From the human T2T-CHM13v2.0 reference genome, Homo sapiens, in the NCBI RefSeq assembly GCF_009914755.1, contig NC_060943.1: a stretch of 64,000 bases of DNA; one strand, written 5' to 3'. Below the pieces are notes generated by a model, which was not told where the DNA came from, did not search any database, and worked only from the letters and a program-made list of their open reading frames with translations. Position numbers and translations under genes: made by a program. Positions 1 through 13,599 of this stretch are shown here, one piece after another (position 1 is the stretch's first letter; each line of letters starts with the position of its first letter).

Positions 1-509
1 TAACCACTGTTTTGTAGTTTTCTGTGAGTCTAACTTGCAGAGCTTTTGCTAATTTATTCCTATGTATTTTATGTGAGTTGTAAACACTACTGTAAATGGT
101 ATCATTCCAATTTTAGTTTTCAATCATTCATCAATGGTATACAGAAATTTTTAAAAATACACATTGACTTGTATACTGAGACCTTGGTAAATTCACTTTT
201 GACTTCTGGTAGCTTCTTCGTTTTCTATGAATCATGTTTATGTGAATAAAGCTACTTTAACTTCTGTTTTAATCTGCATGCCTTTTTCTTTCTCTTTCTT
301 ACCTTTACATTTGCAGAAACCAACAACTGTCAGCATTGACACCATCAGGCCTTTCTCTTCTAATTTAACCTTGCAGCCAACCACACGGCTATCTGTGCGG
401 GATCTCTCCCCAAGCTCAAGGACATGAGATGCGGATCAGGTAGGTGCAAGATCCATGCTGTCTTAAAAAGTCTTATAAGGCCAATATGTCTTGGAGCAAT
501 TCCATACAC

Positions 510-830
510 CAGGGGTCCCCAACACCCAGGCCACAGACCAGTACTGGCTGTGGCCTGTTAGGAACTGGGTCACACAGCAGGAGGTGAGTGGCAGGTGAGC
601 GGATATTACCGCCTAAGCTCCGCCTCCTGTCAGATCAGCAGCGGCATTAGATGCTCTTAGGAGTGCGAACCCTATTGTGAACTGCGCATGCAAGGGATCT
701 AGGTTTCACATTCCTTATGAGAATCTAATGTCTGAGAATAGTTTCATTCCAAAACCATCCCCCCGCTACCCATGGAAAAATTTTTTTCCACGAAACCAGT
801 TTCTGGTGCCAAAAAGGTTGGGGACTGCTG
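510..830 (+). mobile_element. MER1 (hAT-Charlie DNA transposon, MER1B-sized)
   Basis: Terminal inverted repeats caggggtccccaac ... gttggggactgctg; imperfect 8-bp TSD ccatacac/ccctagac. Confidence 0.85.
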
Positions 831-902
831 CCCTAGACCAGCTTTCTGGATTCTGGCTGAAACGGACAACTTACCAATATTAATTCTTCACTCCACCAGC
901 TG

Positions 903-904
<2 letters not shown>

Positions 905-932
<28 letters not shown>
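905..932. repeat. (CA)n microsatellite
   Basis: Perfect AC run. Confidence 0.95.
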
Positions 933-934
<2 letters not shown>

Positions 935-1419
935 TTGTACGTGTATTAGTATACGGCAGTTTACAGAAAAATAATTGTTTTATATATATTGATCTTGTAT
1001 ACTAGCACCTTGCAAAATTCATACCTTACTTTTTATAATTTTTTATAGATGGATTATAGGATTTTCTGCATACACAATCAGGATTTCTGTGCATTGAGTA
1101 GTTTACCCTTTCCTTTTAAATCTGTATGATTTTAATTTTTCTTATCCTCCACATTTGCTGCAACCTCCAATACAACATTGAATCCAAGAGAAGTCAATGG
1201 ACTTCATTTTCTACTTCCTGATCTTGGGGGGAAAATATTCAGTATGCTGTTAACTGAAGTTTTTTTTCGTTCAATGCATGCATTATCACATAAAAGAAAT
1301 AAGGAAATTCCGTCCACTTCCTACTTTACTGAAAGATTTTTTTTGAAAGGAATATTAGCTTTTTTCGATTAGTTTGTTCACAACTATTGAGATGAATTGT
1401 ATCGGCTGATTCTTTTCTA

Positions 1420-2530
1420 ATAGCTTTTTTGAGAGACAATTCATGTAAAATACAATCCATGTATTTGAAGTATAGAATTCAATGGCTATTAGTCTATTCA
1501 CAGAAATGTGCAACCATCAACACAATTTTGTAAAGTATTCATCACCCCAAAAAGAATCTTTGTACACCTTAGCCATCACCTTCTAATACCCCCACACCTC
1601 CCAGTTCTAGGCAAGCATTAATCGACTTTCTCTCTTTGAGTTTACCTACTCTGGACATTTCCTGTATGAAACCATAGACTATGTGGTTCTTTCTGGCTGG
1701 ATTCATTCATGTATTATAATAGTTTTATATGGCATATACATAACACAAAATTTACCATTTTAACAATTTCTAAATGTACAATTCACTGGCATTTAGTACA
1801 TTTATATTGTTGTATAACCATCGCCACTATTCATCTCCAGAACTTTTTCATCATCCTAAATTGAAACTCTGTACCTATTAAACAATAACTCCCCAGCACA
1901 CATTCCCCACAGCTCTGGTAACCACTATTCTGTCTCTATGAATTTGCCTATTCCAGGTATATCATATAAGTAGAATGACACCTTTGTCCTTCTATGTCCA
2001 GGTTGTTTTACCTGGCATAGTTTTTTTTCAGGTTTTATCCATATTGTAGCATGTATTAGAATTTCCTTCCTTTTGAGGCTGAATAATATGCCATTGTATG
2101 TTTTGTTTCCCCATTCCTACATTGCTGGATACCTGGGTTGCTTCCAGCTTTTGGCTATTGTGGATGATTCCACTATGAACATGGGGTACTACTGGGAAAT
2201 AGAGTAGAATGAACCTGACATTTATTCAACAACACAGACACATCTCAAAACCATTATGCTTATCAAATACCCACACCCAAAACTGCATACTCTGATTCTG
2301 TGTATAACAAATTTTAGAAATAGCAAGATTAATATGAAATGTCAGAAAGCGGATAAATGGTTGTTTGTGGTTAGATATGCGGAGGAACTAACAACAAAGG
2401 AGCATAAGGGGATTTTTTAGGATGATGGAAATGATCTGTACCTGAATTGTGGTGGGGCCTTGAGTGTACACATTTGTTAAAACTTAGCGAACATAAAACA
2501 GGTGCATTTTTCATGTAAATTTTACCTCCA
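1420..2530. mobile_element. Nested old L1M 3'-end fragments
   Basis: Typical L1M 3'UTR motifs (gtgcaaccatca, ggctgaataatatgccattgtatg, ttccagcttttggctattgtg); 2200-2530 is in the opposite orientation. Confidence 0.7.
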
Positions 2531-3248
2531 AAAGGTTTATCCGAAAAAAAACATTTGATGCAAAGGCAGTCACAACGTCATGCTAACGTCGTTGATTGTT
2601 TTATAGGCAACTGCTATTGCAGTTGACGATATGAAATTGACGATAATTAGGGCAGAGATAGACTATGTGGTTCTTTGTGGCTGGGCTCACTTACGTAGCG
2701 TAATGGTTTTATATTGTGTATAAACAACATAAAATTTACCATTTTAACAATTTTTAAATGCACAATTCACTGGCAATAAGTACATTTATATTGATGTACA
2801 ATTATTGCCACTCTCCATCTCCAAAACTTTTGTTCATAACTGCTATGGTAGTTTGTAATATATTTTAGACAATTCATTTAGAAAAGATTAATGCTAAGGA
2901 AGGGGTATGGTGGATAATAGGAAGGCAAGCAGTGGGGGTGCTGGGCAGGGGGTAAGGCAGGAAGAAAGACAAAGCAGCAAGTAAGCTTAGATGCAGAGAA
3001 GGCTTGCTGACATGCGGACCTTGTCCGAGCATCTGTTGCAACATACCCTGATGAGAAGTTCATGTGCAATGAAACTCCAACTCCTGGGACCTATGTGTGG
3101 AACACTGGGACCCTGACCCCGTCAGATCAGTCAGATCCCCTTTCTCCAGAGCAGATTGGTCAGCACAGGGAGACAACAGCTCAGATCTTCGCCCTGTGAG
3201 ATCACTTATGGGAGGGGCTGCCCCGACCCCCCACATCTGACTCCCCCA

Positions 3249-3660
3249 TGCTATAGTTTGGTTTGTTTGACCCCTCCAAATCTCATGTTGCAATGTGATC
3301 CCCAGCGTTAGAGGTGGAGCCTGATGGTAAGTGTTTGGGTCATGGGGTTGGAGCCCCCATGATGTCTTGGAGCTTTCCTCACAGTGATGAGTGAGTTCTC
3401 ACTCTATTAAGCCCTGCAAGAGCTGATTGTTAAAAACAGCCTGGCACCTTCCTCCCCTCCTCTCTCGCTTCTTCTCTTGCCTAGTGATCTTTGCACATGC
3501 CAGCTCCTCTTTGCCAGCCTAAGGCCCTCACCAGAAGCAGATCCTGGCATCATCCTTCTTATACAGCCTGCAGGACTGTGAGCCAAAGAAACCTCTTTTC
3601 TTTATAAATTACCCAGCCTCAGGTATTCTTTTTATAGCAACACAAAAATGAATGAAGGCA
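3249..3660. mobile_element. MST-type ERVL-MaLR LTR
   Basis: tgctatagtttg...ccaaatctcatgttg...aaacctcttttctttataaattacccagcctcaggtatt...atagcaacacaaa. Confidence 0.85.
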
Positions 3661-3699
3661 TCCCTCTCTTCAATGCTGCAGGAATTGTTTTCATTACAG

Positions 3700-4680
3700 G
3701 TTTGGGCTGCTCTATAATTTCATATAAATGGGAGCATACATTATGCACTGTTCTTAAGCCTTAAGGAGTCTTTCATTCAGCATCATGTTTCTGTGATCCA
3801 TCCATGTTGCCTGTTATCAGGAATTCATTCACTTTGATATCTGAGTATGAATGCACCATGGTTTGTTTTTGCTTTCTATATAAATAGACATCTGAGGTAC
3901 TTCCAGGTTTTACATATTATGAATAAGGCTGCTGTGAACTTTTCTGGTGCAAGTGATTCTGTGTCCATGTGTTTTTATTTCTCTTGGGTTAATACTTAGG
4001 AATGAAATTGCTCAGTCAGACTAGATATATGTGTAGTTTTCTGAGAAACCATATGAACTTTTTTCCAAAGTGGTTTTACAATTTTATATTCTCTCCAGAA
4101 ATGAAGAAGAGTTCCAGGTACTCCATATGCCTGCCAACATTTGGATACCTGGGTTGGATACCTTTTAAACTTTATCCATTTCGGTGGCTGTGTAGTGGTG
4201 TATTGTTGTTTTAAATTTTCATTTCTCTAATGACAAATGATGTTGAATACTTTTACGTGTGCTTGTTTTATGATACTTCTTTATAGGAGAATTGTTCAAA
4301 TATTTTGCCCATTTATTATGTGGCTGGGCATTTTATAGTTGACCTGTAGGAGTTCTTTATAGATCTTGCACACTTGTCCTTTGCTAGATATATGTTTTGC
4401 CAATAATTTCCCCAGTTTATAGCTTATGGCTTGCCTATTTATTTTCTGAATTAAATACTTTTGGGGCAAAAGTTAATCTCGTTTATGGTTTCCAGATAAT
4501 AAATTTTCTTTTGATGCAATCTCATTTCTCAGTATCTTATTTTATAATCTTTCTATTCTTAAAAGCTCCTTCGTAGCCCAAGGGATTAATCAGGGTCTCT
4601 TACATTTTGTTCTAAGACGTTTATAATTTTTTGAAAACCTTGTTTTTTGAATCCATCTGGAATTTGTTTTCATAACTGTC
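3700..4680 (-). mobile_element. Old L1M fragment
   Basis: L1 3' motifs (aataaggctgctgtgaac, ttttccaaagtggtt, catttctctaatgacaaatgatgttgaa). Confidence 0.7.
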
Positions 4681-4805
4681 TGAGGGGAAGACGTCAGCAT
4701 TTCTCCCATACACACAGCCAATGGTCTTCGATCTCAACCGCATGTTTGAGGAGGAGAAAGAGGAGGAGGAGTCCATCCATCATTCCTCTGTTTTCTCCCT
4801 TCTTA

Positions 4806-5092
4806 TTTTTTTTGAGACAGGGTCTTGCTATCACCCAAGCTGGAGTGCAGTGGCACAATCATGGCTCACTACAACTTCCACCTCCTGGGCTCAATTGATC
4901 CTCCTGCCTCAGCCTCCTGAGTAGCTGGAACTATAGGTGCATGCCACCACGCCCGGCTAATTTTTGTATTTTTTTGTAGAGATGGAGTTTTGCCATGTTT
5001 CCCAGAATGGTCTTAAACTCCTGGGCTCAAGCAATCCACCCCCCTTGGCCTCCCAAAATGCTGGGATTACAGGCATGAGCCACCGCGCCCAA
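4806..5092 (-). mobile_element. Alu (AluJ-like)
   Basis: Full dimer with T-tail; gagacagggtcttgc, ctcctgggctcaagcaatcc. Confidence 0.9.
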
Positions 5093-5289
5093 ACTTCCCT
5101 TCTTATTTTTGGATGCCATCTGTGTGATTTGTTTCCATAGTCCCTGTGATCAAGTATTCATTAATGAGAAAAAATTTCCCCCTCCCAGAACAGCAAATTC
5201 CTGGACCCTTTCTCTCACACACACTCCCATCATTCAATTCCACAACAATACTTTGATACATGTACACAATCCAAAGTGAATGTGCACAA

Positions 5290-6005
5290 TCCACTTCTCA
5301 TGCCCCCCACTGCTGTTGTGTGTCCAAGCCATCATTACCCTCCACCTTAGGGGCTCAGCCTCCTGACTGGTCTCTCAGCCTCCGTGCTCATCCGAGCAAC
5401 CAAAATCATCCGCTTAAAATCTACGGCAGATCATGCTGTCCTATGCTTTAAGCCCTCCAGTCATTCCCATCTCTGAGGATGTCATCACTTTATAATGACA
5501 ACCTACAAGGCCCTCCCTATTTTGTGTGTCCCCATCCCTTTCTGCTCTCCTCGCCCCCACTCTCTCTCGTGCTGACCGCAGCCCCATCAGCTTACTGACT
5601 GCCCCACGAGGATGCCAGGCATCCTCCCTTCGATCCTTTGCAGTGGCTACTTCTGCTGTTTCCAGTGTTCTTCCCTCACGTGTCTGTGTGGGTCACTTGA
5701 TGACCCCCTTCTAGACCTTGCTCAAAACTCACCTTCCTAGTGAGGTTGTCCTCTCTTCCACGTGCACATGGAGACTTCTGCTTCTCCTTACTCCAAGTGT
5801 CAAACCTCCACAGGCAATTTTATTCTTCATAACATGTGTTACCAGCTAAACTGCCACATCATTTATGTGTGATTACGATTGTTGTTTATTTTCTCCCCCC
5901 GCCAACTCGAATGTAAGCTCTGCTGACACTTTTGCTGCTACTTATAATAGGTCCCAGCTCATCCCAGATGCTCAATAAATATGGCAAATTGACAAATAAA
6001 TGAGT
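5290..6005 (+). mobile_element. L2 LINE remnant
   Basis: L2 3'-end motifs gaatgtaagctc ... gctcaataaata ... aaataaatga. Confidence 0.65.
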
Positions 6006-6559
6006 CAACTGCCTTCTGAATATTACTGATTCATCCACAGGGTTTCACACTATTAAAAACCGAACACTATTGAAAGCTGAACTCACCCTACGAAAACAAT
6101 GCATGTCCATTTGTCTAAGGCAAGTGGCTACAGTCACCCTGGTCATGTGTGGCAGTTAATCGTCTCACTTCCCTCTTCTGCTACTTCCTCTCCAGCCACT
6201 CTCAGCTCCTCTAGAACGGGAGCTCATTGTCTCGTCTTTGCTTTGGCCAAAGAACCCCCGGAGCCCCTTTACCTCTGTTCTAGCACCCATTGGATTCTTC
6301 CTTCCAAGGAAGTACAAGAATGTTTCTAAAAGCTACATATCATCATTTCACTTCTTTGCTTTCACTCCTTTCGTGACTTTGCATACTTTCAGGATGACCG
6401 ACAAGTGCCCATCACGTACATTAATTTGTCCGTTATCTGGCCCCTGCTGATCATTACAGCCGTACACCCCAGGCTTGACTTCATTCTCCAGCTGTACCTG
6501 ACTACCTTCCTTGTGTCCCACAGGCTCACAGCCTCTCTGGCTTCCTTGACTTTTCACAT

Positions 6560-6845
6560 AATATTTCCTTGATGTGAAAATAGCCCCACTCTACCTAGAG
6601 GCTTCCTCCTGCTTCTTGAGGTGCAATTAAAGTTCCTTCTCTCCCGTATTTAATACTATGTCCTTCTTACCTGCTCTCCGATCCCTAGCACAAAGTCCTA
6701 TTTAAATTTTTGATATGCATCTGTCTCTCCTACTAGAATGTAAGTTCTTGTAGGTCAAGAAATGTCTTTGAACCCTATCTCACCAGTGACTAGCACAGTG
6801 TCTAGTGCAGGTTCATCACTAAGTAAATGTTTAATAAAATAATAC
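6560..6845 (+). mobile_element. L2 3' end (shared with the duplicon B flank at ~52045-52230)
   Basis: ctagaatgtaagttcttg...ctagcacagtgtctag...gtaaatgttt; the reverse complement aligns by eye to 52045-52230. Confidence 0.7.
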
Positions 6846-7122
6846 ATAAGAAGCTGGCAGAAATTCTTGGGTTTTCCCTCTTTCCTCCATCTGAAGGTGG
6901 TTTTCCTGGGTTATAAAATGCCTTAGAAATTATAGAGTTTTCAACAATGAAGTCTAGTTTAGATTCAGCCTGACTCTATGATCAGCCATGGGTTGGGTGG
7001 AGTGTCAACTTTTGCAACTTGAGATTTTAGTGGTTTAAATAGGGACAAACTGTATCTTTTCCCACATAGGCCCAATCCAGGTACTTACTTGAAAATAATT
7101 TATTTTTCTTTCATTTTTTTCC

Positions 7123-7411
7123 TTTTTGAGAGGGAGTTTCGCTCTTGTTGCCCAGACTGTAGTGCGGTGGCGCGATCTCGGCTCTCTGCAACCTCTGCCT
7201 CCCGGGTTCAAGCAATTCTCCTGCCTCAGACTCCTGAGTAGGTGGAATTACAGTCACCCACCACCACACCCAGCTAATTTTTTGTATTTTTAGTAGAGAT
7301 GGGGTTTCACCATGTTGGCCAGGCTGGTCTCAAACTCCTGACCTCAGGTGATACACCCTCCTTGGCCTCCCAAAGTGCCGGGATTACAGGCATGAGCTAC
7401 TGCGCCCGGCC
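7123..7411 (-). mobile_element. AluS
   Basis: Full dimer; aaaataatt on both sides as a probable TSD. Confidence 0.9.
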
Positions 7412-7597
7412 TCAAAATAATTTTTTGCAGGACTTTTTAAAGGAGTATGATAACAACTTTTGAGTCATATATTTTATCCTAGACTTAAAATGTTTCAGTA
7501 ATTACCCAGTGGCATGAGCTCTTTCTTTCATTGTTCTTGCAGGCCCAAGAGGCTGGATGCCAAACCTATCCTCTCCATGTGAAGCACCAACTTGGGG

Positions 7598-8646
<1,049 letters not shown>

Positions 8647-9689
8647 TAATTTAAAAAAAAAACACATAGAAAAGATATTCAAACATTTTTAAAAGACGAA
8701 AACAGTAAAGTGTGCTTTCCTGTCACACAGCAGGGAGGATCTGACCTTTGGGGAGGTCAGATGGTGTAGGGGAAGCACAGAGGGAGGTGGCAAGGGCATG
8801 TCCTGGTCTCTCTTTCTCTGGACCTCTCCTCTTCCTGGGCTGATATCCTCACACTCTCATCAGAGACATCAGAAGTCAGCACAAACAGTCCTAGAGTGTG
8901 CTACTTCCATGTCACATTAGCTGAGCCACAGAAAATTTTGAAATGTCAAGTCTGGCTCAACCTGTCACCATTCATAGAAGGCATCCTTCCTTCTAGACTG
9001 GCCTAAAAGTGAAGACCCCAGAGCAGAGACTCATGAACATGAAGGAGGCTTTAGATATTTAATCCGGAAAAGCAAGTAAAAGGACCATGGAGACAAATAG
9101 GTTAAAAGAAAAGGAACAGCTTGCCCGCAGCGGGGTGGGAGTTGCTGGAGGTGCTACCAGTCCCAAGACTAGAAGGAAAGTGTCCCAGAGCTTGAGTCTT
9201 CCAGGCTTACAGACAAAACCAGAGTGGAGCACAGTTGGTACTTACAAGTCTCTCTTTCCTCCCCACAGTGGACTTTCTCAAACTGGGGTATTGACCTCTG
9301 ATGAACCGCCATGCAAACCCGTGCCTTTCAACATAAAAAGAAGCCCTTCGAGGTGCTCACCTTCAAGCTTGCTAGAGGAGGAGGAAGAGCAGGTTGAGTT
9401 TGACATAACTAGAATGGGTTGAGCCTTTCCAGCAGAGTAAGGTTCTTTCATGGTGGACAGTGGCCACCCACTGCCATTTCTACAAGAAGATTTTGCTTCT
9501 TAGGCACTGAGTTCCTGGTTCTTTCACTAGAGAAAAATGAGTAGGTTGGCAATCCAGTACTTCCATCTTCTGTGAAGACCTGGGCAGGCGACGGGGGCTT
9601 GGGGGCGGGGGCAGGGACCAAAGACAAGGCTGCCATTTGCTGTGCCCACCACAGAGGGACATTTACTCCACCTGAAGCACAAGTATTTT

Positions 9690-10480
9690 CTCAGTGATGT
9701 TGGCTCCTACAAAGTCAAAAGGGGTAGGCTCCCTGGCTTACGCTCCAGGAGTTTGGACTGAAAGGGACACTAAAAGTGTCTTCCTCTAAGTTTATGATGT
9801 TGCCCTCCTCTGGCTACAACAGTGCTCTGGCCATAAGCATCCCAGGTTCTCTGAATGATGGTGGGTATGGAAATGTTCCCAAACACAGGTATGGCGGTGT
9901 CCCCTCCCACTGTACCAATCTATGCCCAGGGCTGGAAGGTCCGTGGTGCTCTGAACTGGATTCATAAACAGTAGCATCTCCAACCACAAGTGTGGTGTCA
10001 GGCCCTCCAACAGTAGCACATGTGCTCCCGTGGGTGCCTGATAGAAAGTGGGAACATGTGTTTATTAGCCAGGTGGGCCCCAAATGCTCTGACGAGGTGC
10101 AGAAAGAGGACTCTTTGTCACAGTTGTGCTGTGCCCTCCCATTGCAACACATGTGCTCTGAACAGGTGGAGCCCAGGTGCTTTGCATGTAGGCGGACACA
10201 AGAGGGCCTCTAAGCACAAGTGTGGTGTTGGAACCCTCAAGGCTACCGATGCATTCTGGCCAGGTGTGTCCCAGGTGGTCTGACTATAGACAGCAACAGA
10301 ATTATCTCCAGCACCGTTATAGAGATACCCGTCCAACTGATGTGCTCTAGCGGGATGGGACCCGGGTGATCCGAACACAAGGAGGAACAGAAGTTTATTC
10401 TGATATATGCTCCTTCTTAGCGATGTTATCTACTTCAATAGTAACGGTATGCTTTGGCTGGGTGGGCCTCAGTCACTCTG
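9690..10480 (-). repeat. Degenerate ~99-bp (33-codon) tandem array in copy A
   Basis: Recurring ccaggtg / tgtgctc motifs about 90-100 bp apart (e.g. 10173, 10271, 10362); minus-strand peptide YSQTTWDTPGQNASVAL. Confidence 0.75.
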
Positions 10481-10769
10481 TAGCCAGGAAGGAAAGGGCT
10501 CCCAAAACAGATTTCTGCTCCGTAGAGCTGATCTTCCCTCATTGCAACAGGGATGCTATAGGCAGGCAGGACCTGGTGCTCAGGTCTAAGCCCCTCCTAG
10601 AATAAGTTGTGGTTCTGAGTGTTGTCAGCCCTTCTGCAGATTTCAATGACCCCTGACAAGGAGCCAGGGTTTGGGACAGACACAATGACTGCAAACCTGC
10701 CACCACCCAAAGGGGCTTAGATATTGATGGTGCATGGCACTGCTGCAGTGGCCCTTTATCTTGATCCCC

Positions 10770-11162
10770 TTTTTTTTTGAGACGGAGTTTCGCTCTGTTG
10801 CCCAGGCTGGAGTGCAGTGGCGCGATCTTGGCTCACTGCAAGCTCCGCCTCCAGGGTTCATGCCATTCTCCTGCCTCAGGCCTCCACCTCTCAGGTTCAA
10901 GCGATTCTCCCGCCTCCGCCTCTGCCTCCTGGGTTCAAGCAAACCTCCGTCTCCTGGATCCAAGTGATTCTCCTGCCTCAGCCTCCCAAGTAGCTGGGAC
11001 TACAGGTGTGCGCAACCACGCCCAGCTAATTTTTGTATTTTTAGTAGAGATGGGGTTTCACCATGTTGGCCAGGCTGGTCTCGAACTCCTGACCTCAGGT
11101 GATCTGCGCGCCTCGGCCTCCCAAAGTGCTGGGATTACAGGCGTGAGACACCGTGCCCGGCC
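10770..11162 (-). mobile_element. Chimeric Alu with a four-fold internal reiteration
   Basis: About 390 bp; the segment cctccgcctcc.gggttcaagcgattctcctgcctcag recurs at 10843, 10881, 10919 and 10942; no TSD. Confidence 0.9.
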
Positions 11163-12489
11163 CTCAGTCTCTTTTAAGCAAGGATCAGGGGAGTAATCAG
11201 ATGGCCCATATAGCGCTCCTGCTATTGAAGGAGCGCAGATGTCGCTCAGATAGCGACAGGAAGAGAAGTCAGTTTCCCCCTACAGGTAGGATCAGTACTT
11301 TTCCTAAGTGGCTGCACTTCTTTGAGGTGCAAGCATACAGTGCTGTCTTTCTGAGAGCCCTGGCGTGACACCAAGGGGAGGCCCCCTTCTGATGTAAACA
11401 CTGAGCTTGCTGGGTTGCATAAGGCCTCTCAGGGGTGATATAAACCGAGGGGGTAAAGGTGACCGTGTTGCTCCCAGGAACTGTTTTCAGAAGATGCACA
11501 GGTGCAGCAGGAGGATTCCTGCCAGAAGCAGGAACAGAGAGGGCAGGGAGAAAAAGGAGGATGGTGGCCTGGGGGCCAGGCGGGGTGAGGCTTACTGAGG
11601 AAGTTGTCCGTGAAGAGCAGTTTGTGTGCTGTCTGACACTGAGAGTCTAGTAAGAAATTTGGAGAGGTCTCCTAGCTGCATGTTCCTCCAAGGCAAACCA
11701 TGCTGGATGTTTGTGACATGTCATTGGAACACACACCAGAGAAAGTGTGTGCTAGAGCAGAGAGGGAAGACAAGGCACCAAAGGACAAAGGGGAATCCCA
11801 GCAGGACTTTTGAGAGCTTGAGACAGCTCATGCTCTTTGCAGGTGCTTGGCACCAGGTGTGCCCGATGACATGGAAAAGCATCCAGGACTGTGTATTATA
11901 GGACCCCACATAACTGTCACCCCCAGATCGCCAGGTCTGCAGGCTCCTCAGCATCTAACCTAGGGGCAGCAACTAGTGCCTGTGAGTCTCCTAGCCCTTT
12001 TCTCTGGGGTTATTGGAGGTCAGAGGTCAGAGCGCCCTAGATCCTGCCAGGAAGGGGCCCTGGCTCACAGGAGGTCAGGGTAGGAGAGGTGGGGGTGTGG
12101 CCAGCAGGGATCAACTCTGTCTCATGCCATTACTGGTGCACCCAGGTGGCCCAGCAGGGCTGCAGCTGCAAGACACGTGCTCTGATGGGGAGGAGAGACC
12201 AAGCAGTGTGGGGCGTGATTTGCCCTGACCTCTTCCTTTCAGGCAACCTCTGCAGAGGACACTAGTTTACCCCCACAATGTCCCCTTCCCATGTGGTAGC
12301 TCAGGGTTACCACACACTCTTTCCTCCAGGGATCCCTCTAGGGCCTCTCAAGTCTTGGAGCAGGCATATCTTCTCTGTGGCCACCCAGGAAGGTGTGGGT
12401 CCATGGGCATGAGATGTGAGTCCAGCTGGGCTGTGAAGGTTTCTGAGATGGGTACTTGGCACCCCAATTTTCCCAGGTCCTGCACCCCA

Positions 12490-12665
12490 TACCATCCCTT
12501 CCAGGCAAGCAGATCTTCCCTCTTTTAACAAATTTTTCGAATTGCAAACAGCATTTAGGACTTTGCGCCTTCCTCAGGTCACCCATGTGGGCGTAAGGGA
12601 GAGTCAGGATTTGAACTCAGACTGTCTGATTCCAGAGTTTATCCATTGACCACCTGACAGTGGTG
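12490..12665. mobile_element. MIR (shared by all three duplicons)
   Basis: gagtcaggatttgaactcagactgtctgattccagag; counterparts at ~45935-46110 and ~62960-63125. Confidence 0.75.
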
Positions 12666-12779
12666 ATGCCTCATCATGTGTGTCACGTATTTACATTTTT
12701 AAATAGTCCTTAGGGTACTTAGCACCATGTACACCTGTCATGAGAGTGTTCACTGCCTGCATCAGAAGATGCAGGGTGG

Positions 12780-13010
12780 AGAGCACCAATTGTCAGCACA
12801 ACCATATTGGGCATTTCTCTGCTAAATGAGTCTTGCACAAACCACACAGCTGTCTGTGAACTATCTTCTCCCAGGTACAGGACAGGAGACCACTTAGGTG
12901 CAAGATACACTCTGTCTTAAGAGCCTTATGCTCCAAGGACACCAACATCTCTTGTGACAATTCCATAGACCTACTTTTTAGGATCCTGGCTGAAATTGGC
13001 AATTTACTGA
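12780..13010 (-). repeat. ~230-bp duplicon-specific unit
   Basis: Homologous to 310-880, 61400-61640 and 62590-62810. Confidence 0.75.
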
Positions 13011-13059
13011 TATCAAATAGTGTACTCTATCAGGATGGTAAATAGTTCCTTATATTTAG

Positions 13060-13343
<284 letters not shown>

Positions 13344-13384
13344 TTTAGAATGCTTTAATTTTCTCTCAGAGACTATTTTGTGGT

Positions 13385-13598
13385 TGGGAATGACAAATTA
13401 CAGTTCATGAGCTGAATTCTTTCCAGTCTGTTTCTGTAATGCCAATAACCTTAGAATGGTGATAAGAGTTTTCAAAGTTTGTAGAAAAGAGGAAAGGAAA
13501 AAAGGAAGAAAAACAGAGGAAAATATGCAACAGAGACCATATGCAATCTTCAGAGCCTATAATATCTACTATCTGGTCCTTTACAGAAAAATTTGCCT
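13385..13598. mobile_element. MER58 (hAT-Charlie) within an L1M fragment
   Basis: gcaacagagaccatat...tatctactatctggtcctttacagaaaaatttgcc; same L1 insertion site as the MER58 at ~61991. Confidence 0.75.
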
Positions 13599-13599
13599 C

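Larger units (their letters stand above)
1..1400 (-). repeat. Upstream flank of NPAP1/POM121-like duplicon (predicted copy D): old L1M fragments + ~230-bp unit + (CA)n
   Basis: Positions 244-480 match the reverse complement of ~61480-61710 (gcatgccttt..ctttcttacct..tttgcaga.accaacaa.tgtcagca...caaggacatgagatg..tcaggt.ggtgca.gatc). The parts occur in the same order as upstream of copy C. Confidence 0.8.
9470..11611 (-). pseudogene. NPAP1/POM121-like intronless pseudogene, copy A (internally deleted, Alu-interrupted)
   Basis: The minus strand reads HKLLF-T(ACG)-DNFLSKPHP at 11611, PDPCLKET at ~11170-11195 (POM121 PDPCAKET), VPNPGSL at ~10660-10680 (POM121 VPKPGSL) and a C-terminal SPAQ..GLPTYSFFSSER. 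It is collinear with copy B and has many frameshifts. Confidence 0.85.
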
